A stretch of DNA of 64,000 bases from Candidatus Paceibacter sp. (GCA_020725175.1 DYFM01000007.1:1054-65053); one strand, 5' to 3'. Counted from the stretch's first letter, positions 29,306 to 40,141 are shown. The notes: generated by a model from the sequence alone, not told the origin. A program made the numbers and translations.

Positions 29306-29830
29306 ATGGATGTTTTATCGCACGGACTTTGGGGAGGTGTGAGTTTTTTTCTAAAAAGCGAAAAGCGATTTTGGTTGGCTTTTGGTTTTGGTATGGCGCC
29401 GGATATTTTTTCTTTCGGTATATTCATGGGATTGTCAATTCTCGGGCTGGTCTCCGGTCCGGATTGGTCAATGGTCCCGCCGGATATTACACTGATACCA
29501 AATTATGTACATGTTTTATATAGTATTACCCATAGCTTGTTTGTGTTTGTTTTTGCGTTTGGTTTGGTATGGTTCTGGCGAAAAAAACCACTATATGAAA
29601 TGCTAGCTTGGCCACTGCATATCTTTATGGATATCCCGACTCATTCAACGTCTTTTTTTGCAACGCCTTTTTTGTGGCCCATTTCATCTTATCGTCTGGA
29701 CGGTATTCCGTGGTCACATCCGATTATCCTTTTTGGAAATGCTTTTCTTTTGTTGACTATTTATGGTGGATTGCTTTATAGAAGAAAGAAGAAAATGATT
29801 ACCCGAAATACTAAGGATTTTGAAAGATAG
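29306..29830 (+). CDS. Membrane-bound metal-dependent hydrolase (YdjM-like)
   Basis: SHG, APD, THSL, HIFMD..TH motifs. Confidence 0.75.
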   Translation: MDVLSHGLWGGVSFFLKSEKRFWLAFGFGMAPDIFSFGIFMGLSILGLVSGPDWSMVPPDITLIPNYVHVLYSITHSLFVFVFAFGLVWFWRKKPLYEMLAWPLHIFMDIPTHSTSFFATPFLWPISSYRLDGIPWSHPIILFGNAFLLLTIYGGLLYRRKKKMITRNTKDFER

Positions 29831-29900
29831 ATAAACAATTCTTTTTTGCAAAAAGGTAAACGTATGTCTGAAGGGTTACTATTACCCGAAATTTATACTT

Positions 29901-30917
29901 ATGAAACGAAACACTATACAAATTTTTAGTATTTTGATTGCGATAATGGTTCTTTCTTTTTTATTTGTTCGTGGTGGATATTTTGATGAAGAAACCGGAC
30001 GATATTATCCGGTATTTGGTTTTGAAACACAGTCGCCGGAAGAGTGTTATTACGGTGAATCATATGATCCGGTAGAGCAACTATGTTATATTCGATGTTC
30101 TTCCTATGAAGAATGTGAAGCAATGGAAGCGGATATTATCAGGCGAGCTGAGGAGCTTTATGAAGCGGAACAAGGTTTATTGGAACTTGATGCTAGTGAA
30201 GAGGAGTTGACCGAGTTCGCACGCTATGTTGTTACGTCTGGTAATGTACAGCCGGTAGAAACCACTACTGATACGGCGGATCAGGTCCTTCATGATACGG
30301 AAAAACATCTTGAGCTCTGGCGTCTGTTTCAAACCTTGTTTCCAAAAGTGTACAGTAAGCAAGTTGCTGAGTTATTAATTGTGTCTGACGGGCGAGCCAA
30401 TACGTTGGCGGCTGTTGAGCCGGCTGACGAAGAAGGGGCATGGCGGCTCCTTATTGATATTGTTGACGCGTATCCGGACGGGGAGGTATTGGATCGAGAC
30501 GGGGTTATTTATTCGTTGATACACGAATTTGCGCATCTCGTAAGTCTTGATTTACAGCAAGTGGAATGGATATCTCCGGTCTGGCAAGGTCGTTATGACT
30601 GTGGTGGTCGATATGCCGCTGAAGATGTTTGTGCCAATGAACATTCGTATCTCAACACATTTTATCAGCGATTTTGGGTAAACACATTTCCGGCGTATGA
30701 TTTAGAAAATCCGGAAAGTCGCTATGCTTCGTATCCGGGTGAATTTGTTTCCGAATACGCGGCGACCAATCCGGAAGAAGATTTTGCGGAAAGTTTTACC
30801 GCCTTTGTTCTCACTGATCAACCAACCGGAGCGAGTGTAAGCGATAAAAAAATACTCTTTTTTTATGAGTATCCCGAATTAGTGCGCGTACGATTTGCGA
30901 TTTTACAACAGATATGA
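29901..30917 (+). CDS. Secreted putative zinc metallopeptidase
   Basis: HEFAH and FVSEYAATNPEEDFAESF. Confidence 0.8.
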   Translation: MKRNTIQIFSILIAIMVLSFLFVRGGYFDEETGRYYPVFGFETQSPEECYYGESYDPVEQLCYIRCSSYEECEAMEADIIRRAEELYEAEQGLLELDASEEELTEFARYVVTSGNVQPVETTTDTADQVLHDTEKHLELWRLFQTLFPKVYSKQVAELLIVSDGRANTLAAVEPADEEGAWRLLIDIVDAYPDGEVLDRDGVIYSLIHEFAHLVSLDLQQVEWISPVWQGRYDCGGRYAAEDVCANEHSYLNTFYQRFWVNTFPAYDLENPESRYASYPGEFVSEYAATNPEEDFAESFTAFVLTDQPTGASVSDKKILFFYEYPELVRVRFAILQQI

Positions 30918-30927
30918 TGTTTTTTGT

Positions 30928-31209
30928 TTACGCTTCCGGAGTTTTTTCTACCGCCAGAATGACATCGTTGAGAGCTGATAACGCCGCCTCATTTTCTTCC
31001 AAACCAAACTGTTGCAATCGTTCCAGTGCTTGTATTATCGCTTCCCACCTCTCTTGAAAATGTTCAGGTACGTTACGGTACAACCTCTCAGCATGTTCTT
31101 TGGCAGTCATGAGTTGACGAAAATAATCTTCATATTCTTTTTCAACAGTAAATTGATTTCTCATTTGATGGAGAACGGAAAGAATTTCTTGTTTTTCTGT
31201 GATTGCCAT
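30928..31209 (-). CDS. Hypothetical helical protein
   Basis: 93 aa ORF with ATG start. Confidence 0.6.
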   Translation of the reverse strand: MAITEKQEILSVLHQMRNQFTVEKEYEDYFRQLMTAKEHAERLYRNVPEHFQERWEAIIQALERLQQFGLEENEAALSALNDVILAVEKTPEA

Positions 31210-31264
31210 AAGACATATAACTCATTATTGTAAAGAATAGTTTCACGTAAAATGCTTAGTAAAC

Positions 31265-31326
31265 AAGCCGGATAGATAACAGTATGGATTCATAAGGTAG
31301 TCAAAAAAGAGGTATCTATCCGACTT
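31265..31326. repeat. Intergenic inverted repeat
   Basis: AAGCCGGATAGATA ... TATCTATCCGACTT (13/14). Confidence 0.6.
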
Positions 31327-31384
31327 CGTATTTACATAATATGGTCATAAACCAAATCTGAAAAATGGTAACTTGGCACATCTC

Positions 31385-31615
31385 TTAATACATCATTTTT
31401 CTTCTGTTTTGAATTTTACGATATGTGCTAATGCCGGCAAGAATCGCACCGACTCCGGCTAACAAGGAAACGGTTTTTCTTTTTTTTGCCGGATCCATTT
31501 TTGCTACTCGCTTTTTGATATCTTGCAATTGTCCTATAATTTCATCGGACATATGGGAAATTTTTTCCCGTGTTTCTTTTTTCATTGTTGGTTTGGTGGT
31601 TGTGGCCATACTCAT
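31385..31615 (-). CDS. Small basic protein with C-terminal TM segment
   Basis: 76 aa ORF, tail-anchor-like. Confidence 0.55.
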   Translation of the reverse strand: MSMATTTKPTMKKETREKISHMSDEIIGQLQDIKKRVAKMDPAKKRKTVSLLAGVGAILAGISTYRKIQNRRKMMY

Positions 31616-31948
31616 AAACGTTAGATAAAGTAAAAGTGTTCTGAAAGAAAACGGGCAGGTTCCTGTTTTCTTTTAGATTGTGTTTTGTGTAAAACACGTA
31701 CGTATATGTTTAGTATAAGAATCTTTTTTTCGATTTGTCAAATAGAGGAAAACACCGTCTTTTCTTTCTCATATTCATTTATTACTGAAAAAAAACTCAT
31801 TCCATGCGGAAGAGTGTTACTTTTTTGCTTGTGCTACGTATTATATATGGATACGGTTTTCCAACAGTGGTAGTTTGTATTTTTATGAATATATGCTTAT
31901 ACTAATAAGAGAAATGCCTTAGATAATTTTCGCTTTTTTCTGGTTTAT

Positions 31949-32170
31949 ATGAATGAACAGTTATTTTTATCAATATTTGAGCAGTGGTGGATTGTCTTCG
32001 TGTTGGTATTGATTTGGTCGATTATCTGGAAAGGAATGGCACTGTGGCATTCTGCTCGGCGTCAGCAGATTGGGTGGTTTATAGTATTTCTCTTAGTGAA
32101 TACAATTGGGATATTGGAAATAATGTACCTGTTCTATATAAAAATCACAAAACAAAGCAAAAAAGAATAA
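31949..32170 (+). CDS. DUF5652 family small membrane protein
   Basis: WKGMALWHSARR.Q..WF...L.VNT.GILEI.Y. Confidence 0.85.
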   Translation: MNEQLFLSIFEQWWIVFVLVLIWSIIWKGMALWHSARRQQIGWFIVFLLVNTIGILEIMYLFYIKITKQSKKE

Positions 32171-32230
32171 AGTCTAGCGTCACAAGACAGTCATTCTGTC
32201 GTTTTACTTGTATATTTTAACTTTTCTTTT

Positions 32231-33226
32231 ATGAAAAAGAACCCGCTATTTTACGTAGTATTTGCCGGGGTGCTCATATTAGTTATCCTAGGTATTTGGT
32301 TTTTTACTCGAAATACTGACGATTCAAACGGAACCACCGTATCTTCCTTTGAGGAGTGTGTCGCAGCCGGGTATTCAGTAATGGAATCATATCCTCGACA
32401 GTGTCGTACTCCGGATGGACGGTTATTTACCGAAGAGATTGATGTTCCTACCACCACTCCGAATGGTGACATACCAGATGGAGATGGGGCTGTACAGGCT
32501 CCGATTAGTATTTCCAAGCCTTCTTCCGGGAGTACTATCTCATCACCACTTTCGGTAAGTGGAGAAGCACGCGGCACCTGGTACTTTGAAGGATCATTTC
32601 CGGTTCGGGTGGTAGATGCCAACGGTACGGAGCTTGGGGTTGCTCCGGTTCAAGCCGAAGGAGAATGGATGACCGAAGCATTTGTGCCATTTTCTGGTAC
32701 GATTACTTTTTCCACGCCAACCACAAAAAACGGCTTTGTTGTGTTTGAAAAAGATAATCCGTCCGGATTACCAAGTCAGGGTGCGGAAGTGCGAGTGCCA
32801 GTAACCTTTGCAGTGGTTTCTGAGGAAAAGAAACCGATAAATGTGCAAGTGTATTTTTATAATTCAACCCTTCTTAATGATCAGCAAGATGAATGTACGA
32901 CTGTGTTTGCTGTTACAAGAACCATCCCATATACTCAGGCCGTTGCGCGAGCGGCATTGGAAGAGCTTCTCAAAGATGCGACACCGGAAGAGCGGAGTCA
33001 GGGATATGGATCAGCTATCAATACCGGAGTCAAGATTCAGAAGTTGACGATTGAAAATGGTACTGCGTATGTTGATTTCAATGAACGTATTCAGGAGCAG
33101 GTGGGAGGGTCATGTAAGGTATCCTTGATACGTCGACAAATCACAGAAACATTAAACCAGTTTCCAACTGTTGATGAGGTGGTGATTTCGGTAAATGGAA
33201 ATGTGGAAGAGGCCTTGCAACCATAA
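32231..33226 (+). CDS. Gmad2 Ig-like + GerMN domain protein
   Basis: SFEECVAAG..VMESYPRQC, ARGTWYFEGSFP, GGSC....R.QI.ETL.QFPTV. Confidence 0.88.
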   Translation: MKKNPLFYVVFAGVLILVILGIWFFTRNTDDSNGTTVSSFEECVAAGYSVMESYPRQCRTPDGRLFTEEIDVPTTTPNGDIPDGDGAVQAPISISKPSSGSTISSPLSVSGEARGTWYFEGSFPVRVVDANGTELGVAPVQAEGEWMTEAFVPFSGTITFSTPTTKNGFVVFEKDNPSGLPSQGAEVRVPVTFAVVSEEKKPINVQVYFYNSTLLNDQQDECTTVFAVTRTIPYTQAVARAALEELLKDATPEERSQGYGSAINTGVKIQKLTIENGTAYVDFNERIQEQVGGSCKVSLIRRQITETLNQFPTVDEVVISVNGNVEEALQP

Positions 33227-33240
33227 TATTTTGAAGTGCT

Positions 33241-34164
33241 ATGTTTAAACTCATGAAATCGATTCTGTTTGTATTGATAATAGGAATAGTGGTTATTTTT
33301 TCGCATGAGTTTTTTACAACTGATCCGGAGAAAGAAAACACTCAGTCCGTGGCCTCAAATTTTGCGGTAGGAAGTATTTCCGAAAGTATCAAAGAATTGT
33401 TTCAAAAGGATATCGCTGAAAAAATACATCAAAATATTGTTCAGGTCGAACCTTTGAAACGGTTTTTGGACGATCAATCTTCCTCGTCGGGTGAATTGAC
33501 TATTGCCGGAACGGTGCAAGCAACCAATGCGGAACGGGTAAAGAGTGGGCTTTCACCGCTTGTCTACAACGCAAAACTAGAAGCTGCTGCTCAGGCTAAA
33601 GTCAATGACATGTTTACGCGACAATATTTTGCTCATGATGCGCCTACCGGGGAAGGACCGTCGGACTTGGCGACAGATGCCGGGTATGCATTTGTGATCG
33701 TGGGAGAAAATTTGGCCCTCGGGCATTTTGTGGACGATGTGGACTTGGTCACTGCTTGGATGAATAGTCCCGGACATCGGGAAAATATTATGAGTACATC
33801 ATATACCGAAATAGGTGTGGCGGTAGGAAAAGGAATGTACGAAGGGCAAGAAGTGTGGTTGGCAGTTCAAGAATTTGGCACACCATTATCTGCCTGTAAC
33901 GCGCCGGAAGATGGTACAAAAGCAGCACTTGATACGCAAAAAAAACAGCTAGACAACATGGATGCAGAATTGTCGAAGTTGAAAGCTGAAATTGAAGAAC
34001 AAAAAAACGCGTTGCCACCGGAAGAATACAATAAAAAAGTGAATATCTATAATGCAAAAGTGGCGGAGTACAATATTCTTCTTGAACGGTCAAAAAAAGC
34101 TATGGCGGCGTATAATGTTGAGGTGACGGCGTTTAATGAGTGTGTGGGAAAGTATACGAAATAA
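33241..34164 (+). CDS. CAP/SCP domain protein with C-terminal coiled coil
   Basis: YFAH, GENLA, WMNSPGHRENI. Confidence 0.9.
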   Translation: MFKLMKSILFVLIIGIVVIFSHEFFTTDPEKENTQSVASNFAVGSISESIKELFQKDIAEKIHQNIVQVEPLKRFLDDQSSSSGELTIAGTVQATNAERVKSGLSPLVYNAKLEAAAQAKVNDMFTRQYFAHDAPTGEGPSDLATDAGYAFVIVGENLALGHFVDDVDLVTAWMNSPGHRENIMSTSYTEIGVAVGKGMYEGQEVWLAVQEFGTPLSACNAPEDGTKAALDTQKKQLDNMDAELSKLKAEIEEQKNALPPEEYNKKVNIYNAKVAEYNILLERSKKAMAAYNVEVTAFNECVGKYTK

Positions 34165-34344
34165 AGGCTTCCAAGGCACTTGAGGCTTACGACGCTTACA
34201 AGGCTTTGCGTGTGATAGTTAAGTGATGAGTAACAGTTCGTCATGAGAGAAAACAAAATTTTTGTTATTGGAGAGTTTATATGTTTCATTTCTTAGAACG
34301 GGGCGGCAAGGTCAGGGGAGTTCCCTTGCCGTTCTCCTTGACGA

Positions 34345-34563
34345 TTATTTCTCTCCCACCTCCTTCTTTGACCACTCCGCTTGTGTTGACGAGAACTTGA
34401 TCGGATCACTAAAGCGAACCGTGCATGAGGGACACTCGAAGTAGTCCCAGAACATGTCACTGTCTTGTCCAATTGCAGACGGGCTGGGCTCACCTTTCAC
34501 AGTGTCTTTGTGTTGACAGTAACGGCAGGTGAACCCAGGCAGTTTTATTTTATCGTACCACAT
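34345..34563 (-). CDS. Small zinc-ribbon protein
   Basis: CRYC...CPSC; 72 aa. Confidence 0.5.
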   Translation of the reverse strand: MWYDKIKLPGFTCRYCQHKDTVKGEPSPSAIGQDSDMFWDYFECPSCTVRFSDPIKFSSTQAEWSKKEVGEK

Positions 34564-34775
34564 TGTAGACCTCTTATTTCCCCTGCCTAAAAAATGAAAA
34601 CAGTAGAGAGTCTAGCAAAGAGAGAGATTGCAAGGTCCAATGTGGATACTTAAAAAATTGTTCTTAATAGTGCCATGTGCTATAGTGTAAACAAACTTTC
34701 TAGTTCATATGTTCGTATTGCCTTCGGAGGTTTGTACGTATAGAACATGCTTGTGTCTCTAACTGTCGTATCACT

Positions 34776-35654
34776 ATGCCAAAAGATAAATATTCTGCCG
34801 TCTGGGTATCACACACGTCAATTAGCGATTTTTTGAAGTGTCCTCGTGGCTATTATTTGAAAAATGTTTATAAAGATCCCAAAACCAATCACAAGATAAA
34901 ATTGATGAGTCCGCCGTTGGCTCTGGGGCAAAGTGTTCATGAGGTTTTGGAATCATTATCCAAGCTGAGAAAAGAAGAACGTTTTTCCGAACCGCTGCCA
35001 GTGAAATTTGATCGGGCGTGGGAGAAGGTGAGTGGGAAAAAGGGTGGTTTTTTTGATACTGACTCTGAATATCGCTATAAACAGCGTGGGCTAGAAATGT
35101 TGAAGCGTGTCTGGAATAATCCCGGACCGATTAAACGTTCGGCCGTCAAGATTCAACAAGATTTGCCATACTATTGGATTTCAGAGGAAGAAAATATTAT
35201 CTTGTGTGGAAAAGTGGATTGGTTGGAATATTTGGAAGCAACGGATAGTATTCATATTATTGACTTTAAAACCGGGAAAAATGAAGAGGAAGAAGGGTCG
35301 CTTCAGTTGCCAATTTATCATTTATTAGTTGCCAATACTCAGAAACGCCAAGTAACAAAGGCAAGTTATTGGTATCTCGATCATGATGATGAATTGACAG
35401 AAAAAACTCTTCCGTCACTCGAAGAAGCGCATGATCGAGTACTGGCGGTGGCTCAGCAAATGAAGTTGGCACGTCAGCTGGGTCGTTTTAAGTGTCCGGA
35501 GGGTGAACGAGGGTGTTTTCACTGTCTTCCGATGGAGGATGTTGTCAATGGAAAAGCGGAATTTGTTGGTCTTGATGATTATTCGGCCGATGTATATATT
35601 ATGGATCGGACGAAATTGGTTGAAGAAGAAATGGCGGATAGTATCATTTTGTAG
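34776..35654 (+). CDS. PD-(D/E)XK nuclease (RecB/AddB-like, PDDEXK_1)
   Basis: S.TSISDF..CPR, G..VH..LE, GKVD, IIDFKTG, QL.IY. Confidence 0.88.
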   Translation: MPKDKYSAVWVSHTSISDFLKCPRGYYLKNVYKDPKTNHKIKLMSPPLALGQSVHEVLESLSKLRKEERFSEPLPVKFDRAWEKVSGKKGGFFDTDSEYRYKQRGLEMLKRVWNNPGPIKRSAVKIQQDLPYYWISEEENIILCGKVDWLEYLEATDSIHIIDFKTGKNEEEEGSLQLPIYHLLVANTQKRQVTKASYWYLDHDDELTEKTLPSLEEAHDRVLAVAQQMKLARQLGRFKCPEGERGCFHCLPMEDVVNGKAEFVGLDDYSADVYIMDRTKLVEEEMADSIIL

Positions 35655-35888
35655 TTCTTATGCACGCGAGGTGAAATCAGAGGGTAGAATGGTAAGTTTG
35701 TTACATACTACAAAAAACATTCATTTTTGAAATATTGATTGGTATATTATTGTAGATGGTGATCCATACAATAAAATACTCTTAGCCAAAATTTTTTCTC
35801 AATGTATAGAAAGTACGGTATGACTGTACTTTTTTATTTCTTGTGGCATACTACAAAGGAAGTTAGAACTTTTTAAACGAAACAGCCT

Positions 35889-36800
35889 ATGCGATCAACA
35901 CTGAAAGTATTTTCTGTTGGGGCCGTACTGGGAATACTGGCGGCAGTTACTATTTATTATGTTGTAGAACCAAAACCAGAGGTTCCGCCAACTGAAGAAG
36001 AACGTGCTCCGGCAGTACTCCCGGAAACTGACGCGGTGCCAACGAGTTCGCCGGTTACGGATTCTTCTCCCCAGCCACCAATAATGGTGCCAACAACAAG
36101 TCAACAGGTACTGCCAGATTCTGAGGAAAAAGATACGCCAACACCACCATTAGTACGGGAATCAGAGCCTCCCACTACAACGCCGATTAAAAAAACTCCC
36201 CAACAAACCACTTCCTTGGTTCAGCTGGACGTGCCATTTCTTTCGCAAGCACCATTTCGAGAATGGAAAGACCCACGACAACAGGATGGATGCGAAGAAG
36301 CTTCCGTGATCATGGTCATGGCGTGGGTAAACGGTGAGTCTGAAATATCAAAGGAAGCTGGGAAACAGAAAATTTTAGCAATTTCGCACTATACTGAAGA
36401 CACGTATGGTGAATATCGTGATACATCGATCAAAGATACGTTTGAATGGATATTGAGAGACTTCTATGCATATTCCGGTGAAGCGCACGTACTGGAAAAC
36501 GTTACCGCGGCAGATATCAAAGCAGAGCTATATGAGGGAAATCCGGTTATTATTCCGGCCAATGGGCAAACACTTAATAACCCCTATTTTACCCCACCCG
36601 GACCGGTAGTACATATGTTGGTTATTATCGGCTACGATCCAAAAACAGATGAGTTTATTACCAATGACCCGGGAATAGGTCGAGGAGCTGGATATCGCTA
36701 TCCGGTACAGACCATCATGAATTCCATTCGTGACTATGAGACCGGATATCATGTGCCAATTGATCATGTGGAGAAACGGGCGATAGTGGTGCGGAAGTAA
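35889..36800 (+). CDS. C39-like peptidase with Pro/Thr-rich linker
   Basis: VPFLSQAP, QDGCEEAS, HMLVIIGYD, ITNDPG. Confidence 0.88.
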   Translation: MRSTLKVFSVGAVLGILAAVTIYYVVEPKPEVPPTEEERAPAVLPETDAVPTSSPVTDSSPQPPIMVPTTSQQVLPDSEEKDTPTPPLVRESEPPTTTPIKKTPQQTTSLVQLDVPFLSQAPFREWKDPRQQDGCEEASVIMVMAWVNGESEISKEAGKQKILAISHYTEDTYGEYRDTSIKDTFEWILRDFYAYSGEAHVLENVTAADIKAELYEGNPVIIPANGQTLNNPYFTPPGPVVHMLVIIGYDPKTDEFITNDPGIGRGAGYRYPVQTIMNSIRDYETGYHVPIDHVEKRAIVVRK

Positions 36801-36808
36801 TATTGTTT

Positions 36809-36899
36809 TCATCAGCGGAAGAAACGGAAAACAAGCGGAGTAAAACGAAAAATATTTTCGTTACTTTCTGCTTGGTTTTCGTTTCCTCCGTTGACTCAA
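36809..36899. repeat. Periodic hairpin element family B (CGGAA-type)
   Basis: TCAGCGGAAGAAACGGAAAACAAGCGGAG...mirror arm ending TCCGTTGA. Confidence 0.75.
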
Positions 36900-36908
36900 A
36901 AAAATACC

Positions 36909-37457
36909 ATGTCTCCTCATCTCCCTTTCTCTTTTACGCTTAAAAAACACCCGCGCGCCAAACGACTTCGTATCGCTGTTTCTCGCGCGGGAAAAGTAAC
37001 GGTTACCATGCCGCGCCGAGTTTCAGAAAAAACGGCGTTGGCTTTTTTGGCGAAATCAAAACCATGGGTGGAGCAACAGTTGAAACGGATAGAAGAGCAA
37101 AAAAGCATATTACCAAAAATTCCCACTGGACATCGTTACGAGATGTACAAAGCTCGCGCAAAGAGACGGATTATGGAGCGAGTGCGAGTAATCAATCTTC
37201 AGTATCGGTTTACTTACCATAAGGTAACGATAAAAAATACTTCCACCCGATGGGGAAGTTGTTCGACAAAAGGAAATTTGAATTTCGCGTATCAGCTGTA
37301 TTTTCTACCGGAACATCTCATTGATTATGTGGTGGCACATGAACTGTGTCATTTGAAAGAAATGAATCACTCGACACGGTTTTGGAAATTGGTAGCGGAA
37401 GTTGTTCCGGATTATAAAGTGCGACGAGCCGAGATAAAAAAATATCATTTGTTGTAG
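36909..37457 (+). CDS. YgjP-like (M48/SprT-like) metalloprotease
   Basis: RWGSCS, DYVVAHELCHL, NHS.RFW. Confidence 0.9.
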   Translation: MSPHLPFSFTLKKHPRAKRLRIAVSRAGKVTVTMPRRVSEKTALAFLAKSKPWVEQQLKRIEEQKSILPKIPTGHRYEMYKARAKRRIMERVRVINLQYRFTYHKVTIKNTSTRWGSCSTKGNLNFAYQLYFLPEHLIDYVVAHELCHLKEMNHSTRFWKLVAEVVPDYKVRRAEIKKYHLL

Positions 37458-37458
37458 C

Positions 37459-37543
37459 GTTGGGTCAGCAGAGTGAGCGGAATCCAGGTGGAAAACATTT
37501 CCGTTCAATTCTGCTTCATCTTTGTTTGTTCCGCTGAGTCAAC
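37459..37543. repeat. Periodic hairpin element family B
   Basis: GTTGGGTCAGC...GCTGAGTCAAC ends. Confidence 0.7.
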
Positions 37544-37551
37544 CGATATTG

Positions 37552-37992
37552 TTATTTCATCTGAACTTCCTCCAATTCTCCGGTCAACGGCACATAAAAA
37601 AACCGAATTCTTCGTCCCGGGTAAGCTGCGGTTAAATGTTTCTTCAGTATTGGAAAGTACTCTTGGTGCTTCAGTTCATCATCAGCTCGATCAAGTCCTT
37701 TTGGAATCGTATTGTCAATTGTATACCCGTCACAATCTTGATGATCAACAAAAATGATCTCATGAGGATTATGGAGACGAATGGATAGTTCGAGTTGTTC
37801 TCCGGCGACAATTCCATCTTCTCGTTTTGCCGGACATACAAAATCTCTGGTCCCACCGGCGAGAGAAATGATATCGGAAAGATCGAGATAGTGATGTTTT
37901 TCAAGATAGGTATAAATTTTTTTTTGAAATCGAAAATCAACACACGTAATCACGCACGCCCGAGCTTTGACTTTTTTTGATACAGTATACAT
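37552..37992 (-). CDS. Beta-carbonic anhydrase-like protein
   Basis: CVDFR and HQDC zinc-ligand motifs. Confidence 0.8.
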   Translation of the reverse strand: MYTVSKKVKARACVITCVDFRFQKKIYTYLEKHHYLDLSDIISLAGGTRDFVCPAKREDGIVAGEQLELSIRLHNPHEIIFVDHQDCDGYTIDNTIPKGLDRADDELKHQEYFPILKKHLTAAYPGRRIRFFYVPLTGELEEVQMK

Positions 37993-38113
37993 ATAACAAG
38001 AGTGTCAAGTATAGCAAAATACAAACAAAAATACTACTTGTATCGGTATTCTTGCTTTGTAGGCAATTTGTCAATTGACGAATTATCTATTGGTAGGTAT
38101 TATGATGGTGTTT

Positions 38114-38998
38114 ATGAAAAAAACTGAGTTTTTTCAACATATAACACAAGTGCGTCGATCTGTTTTGAACTGGTACCGGAAGAACCGGCGAGATTTACCA
38201 TGGCGACACACTCGTGATCCGTATTGTGTTTTAGTCAGTGAAATCATGCTGCAGCAGACGCAGGTGAGTCGGGTACTGATTAAATACCAAGAATTCTTGA
38301 CTACTTTTCCATCGGTACAAGATTTAGCGGACGCAAAACCCTCAGAAGTTATCAAAGTTTGGGCCGGTTTGGGGTACAATCGACGGGCACTGTATCTACA
38401 GAAAACAGCCAAAGCGGTTGTTGCAACATATCATGGTATGTTTCCCTCTGATCTACAGCAACTCAAACAGTTGCCGGGTATTGGAGACTATACTGCTCGA
38501 GCGATTCTTTCGTTCGCGTTTGGTAAATCACTTCCGATGATGGATACCAATCATCGTCGGTTTTATCAGCGAGTACTATTTGGCATGAATAGCAAAAAAG
38601 ATGCGGAACTTCTATTGGCGGCTGAACACGTGTTGCCAAGGAAACGGGCGTATGATTGGAATCAGGCACTTATGGATTTTGGGTCGTTGGTGTGTTTGAC
38701 TGGAGAACCACGGTGTGAGGACTGTCCGCTGCAACGATATTGTAAGGCATATCCAAGCGTGTTAAAAATCAAAAAAACCAAAAAACCGCATACCAAAAAA
38801 TCAATTCCTTTTCGCGAAACAGATCGATACATACGAGGAAGAATAATTGAACAATTGCGACAAGTGGATGTGTGTAGCTTGCTTGATTTGTTACAAATAT
38901 TTCAGGAGTTTAATGATGTACGGGTACGTCGGATCATTGAAGATTTGGCTCGAGAAGAGTTACTCGTAAAACGTGGAAATAGGATACAATTACCATGA
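38114..38998 (+). CDS. mutY: A/G-specific adenine glycosylase
   Basis: RDLPWR, VSEIMLQQTQV, GLGYNRRA, LPGIGDYTA, CL..PRCEDCPL..C. Confidence 0.9.
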   Translation: MKKTEFFQHITQVRRSVLNWYRKNRRDLPWRHTRDPYCVLVSEIMLQQTQVSRVLIKYQEFLTTFPSVQDLADAKPSEVIKVWAGLGYNRRALYLQKTAKAVVATYHGMFPSDLQQLKQLPGIGDYTARAILSFAFGKSLPMMDTNHRRFYQRVLFGMNSKKDAELLLAAEHVLPRKRAYDWNQALMDFGSLVCLTGEPRCEDCPLQRYCKAYPSVLKIKKTKKPHTKKSIPFRETDRYIRGRIIEQLRQVDVCSLLDLLQIFQEFNDVRVRRIIEDLAREELLVKRGNRIQLP

Positions 38999-38999
38999 T

Positions 39000-39596
39000 A
39001 TGCGAAAAGAGTTTTTACAAATTGCTAAAGAATTAGAGGAGCATGATCTTTGGTTTCGGGATGTGTTATCAAAAAAAACTACCATTCCAACAGAACAAGA
39101 AAGTTGGTCAGTGAGACGAGACGTAGCTCTTAAGCTGTATAAATTGGTACAAACGCATCGACCGAAACACATTCTTGAAGTAGGAACATCACTTGGGTTT
39201 TCGACCATATGGATCGCCGAAGCGACACGGGAATATGGTGGAATTGTGGATACGATTGAAGTGGAAGAATCAAAAGTAAAAAAAGCGAAGGAAACATTTT
39301 TGCGATTGGGATATGAGAACGTGTGTACACATCTTGGCGATTCACTACAGATTCTTTCTCGTTGGCAAAGACCGATTGACCTTCTGTTTCTCGACGCAAG
39401 AAAACGAGACTATGTGCATCAGTTACGCTTGGCTGAACAGCACTTTTCCAAGGGTGCAATTATCGTCGCTGATGACGTGACAGAATGGCGGCGGAAATTG
39501 GATGAATTTTTTGATTATTTGGATGGGAATGGTGCGTATAGATATGAGGTTTTGGGACTAGGACATGGATTGTTGGTTGGGAGGTTTTTGGGTTGA
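39000..39596 (+). CDS. Class I SAM-dependent O-methyltransferase
   Basis: LEVGTSLGFS, LFLDA, IVADD. Confidence 0.88.
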   Translation: MRKEFLQIAKELEEHDLWFRDVLSKKTTIPTEQESWSVRRDVALKLYKLVQTHRPKHILEVGTSLGFSTIWIAEATREYGGIVDTIEVEESKVKKAKETFLRLGYENVCTHLGDSLQILSRWQRPIDLLFLDARKRDYVHQLRLAEQHFSKGAIIVADDVTEWRRKLDEFFDYLDGNGAYRYEVLGLGHGLLVGRFLG

Positions 39597-39683
39597 AAAG
39601 TGAGCTGTTTATGATATACTTAGGATGTGGTATCGATAAATCATCTGCTAGATGTTATCCGTAGCAGTGTTAATACTATTTTT

Positions 39684-40025
39684 ATGAAACTCCTCCTCCG
39701 CTGGTTCATCAGTGCTGCCACCCTCATGTTACTGGCTTTTTACTTGCCGGGAATTGGTGTGAGTGGTTGGTACGCGGCGTTTATTACCGCCCTCGTGTTG
39801 GGGTTGGTAAATGCCGTTATTCGCCCGGTTTTGGTGGTTTTGACCTTGCCGATAAATATTGTAACCTTGGGATTGTTTACGCTGGTGATCAATGGCTTAC
39901 TGTTTTGGTTTGTGGGGAGTGTGGTAGATGGATTTGAGGTTGCTGGTTTCTGGCCGGCATTTTGGGGTGCCCTTATCATGTCAATTGTGAGTTGGATGGT
40001 GGGGAGTTGGTTGAAAAAAGACTAG
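39684..40025 (+). CDS. Holin-like membrane protein (YvlD/Phage_holin_4_2)
   Basis: LGLVNAVIRP..LTLP..TLGLF.LVING. Confidence 0.9.
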   Translation: MKLLLRWFISAATLMLLAFYLPGIGVSGWYAAFITALVLGLVNAVIRPVLVVLTLPINIVTLGLFTLVINGLLFWFVGSVVDGFEVAGFWPAFWGALIMSIVSWMVGSWLKKD

Positions 40026-40027
40026 CT

Positions 40028-40141
40028 TCCGAATTTATGAATTACTCGAATATGGCGAATACCTGGAACATTCGTGGATTCGTAAATTTGTAGATTGCTG
40101 CCTGTCGGTAGGTACAGCGGATAAATGTTTATAGATTCGGA
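40028..40141. repeat. Periodic hairpin element family C (CGAAT/TACAAAT) with nested CTGCCTGTCGGTAGG mini-palindrome
   Basis: TCCGAATTTAT...ATAGATTCGGA ends. Confidence 0.75.

Noticed and set aside
34705-34750. UUCG-containing hairpin as a structured ncRNA
   Set aside because: Single imperfect stem with no recognisable family features.
34776-35654. Cas4 / CRISPR adaptation gene
   Set aside because: Solo RecB-like nuclease with no cas1/cas2 or array nearby.
39684-40025. Prophage signalled by a holin-family gene
   Set aside because: YvlD-type proteins are common chromosomal genes, and no phage genes flank it.
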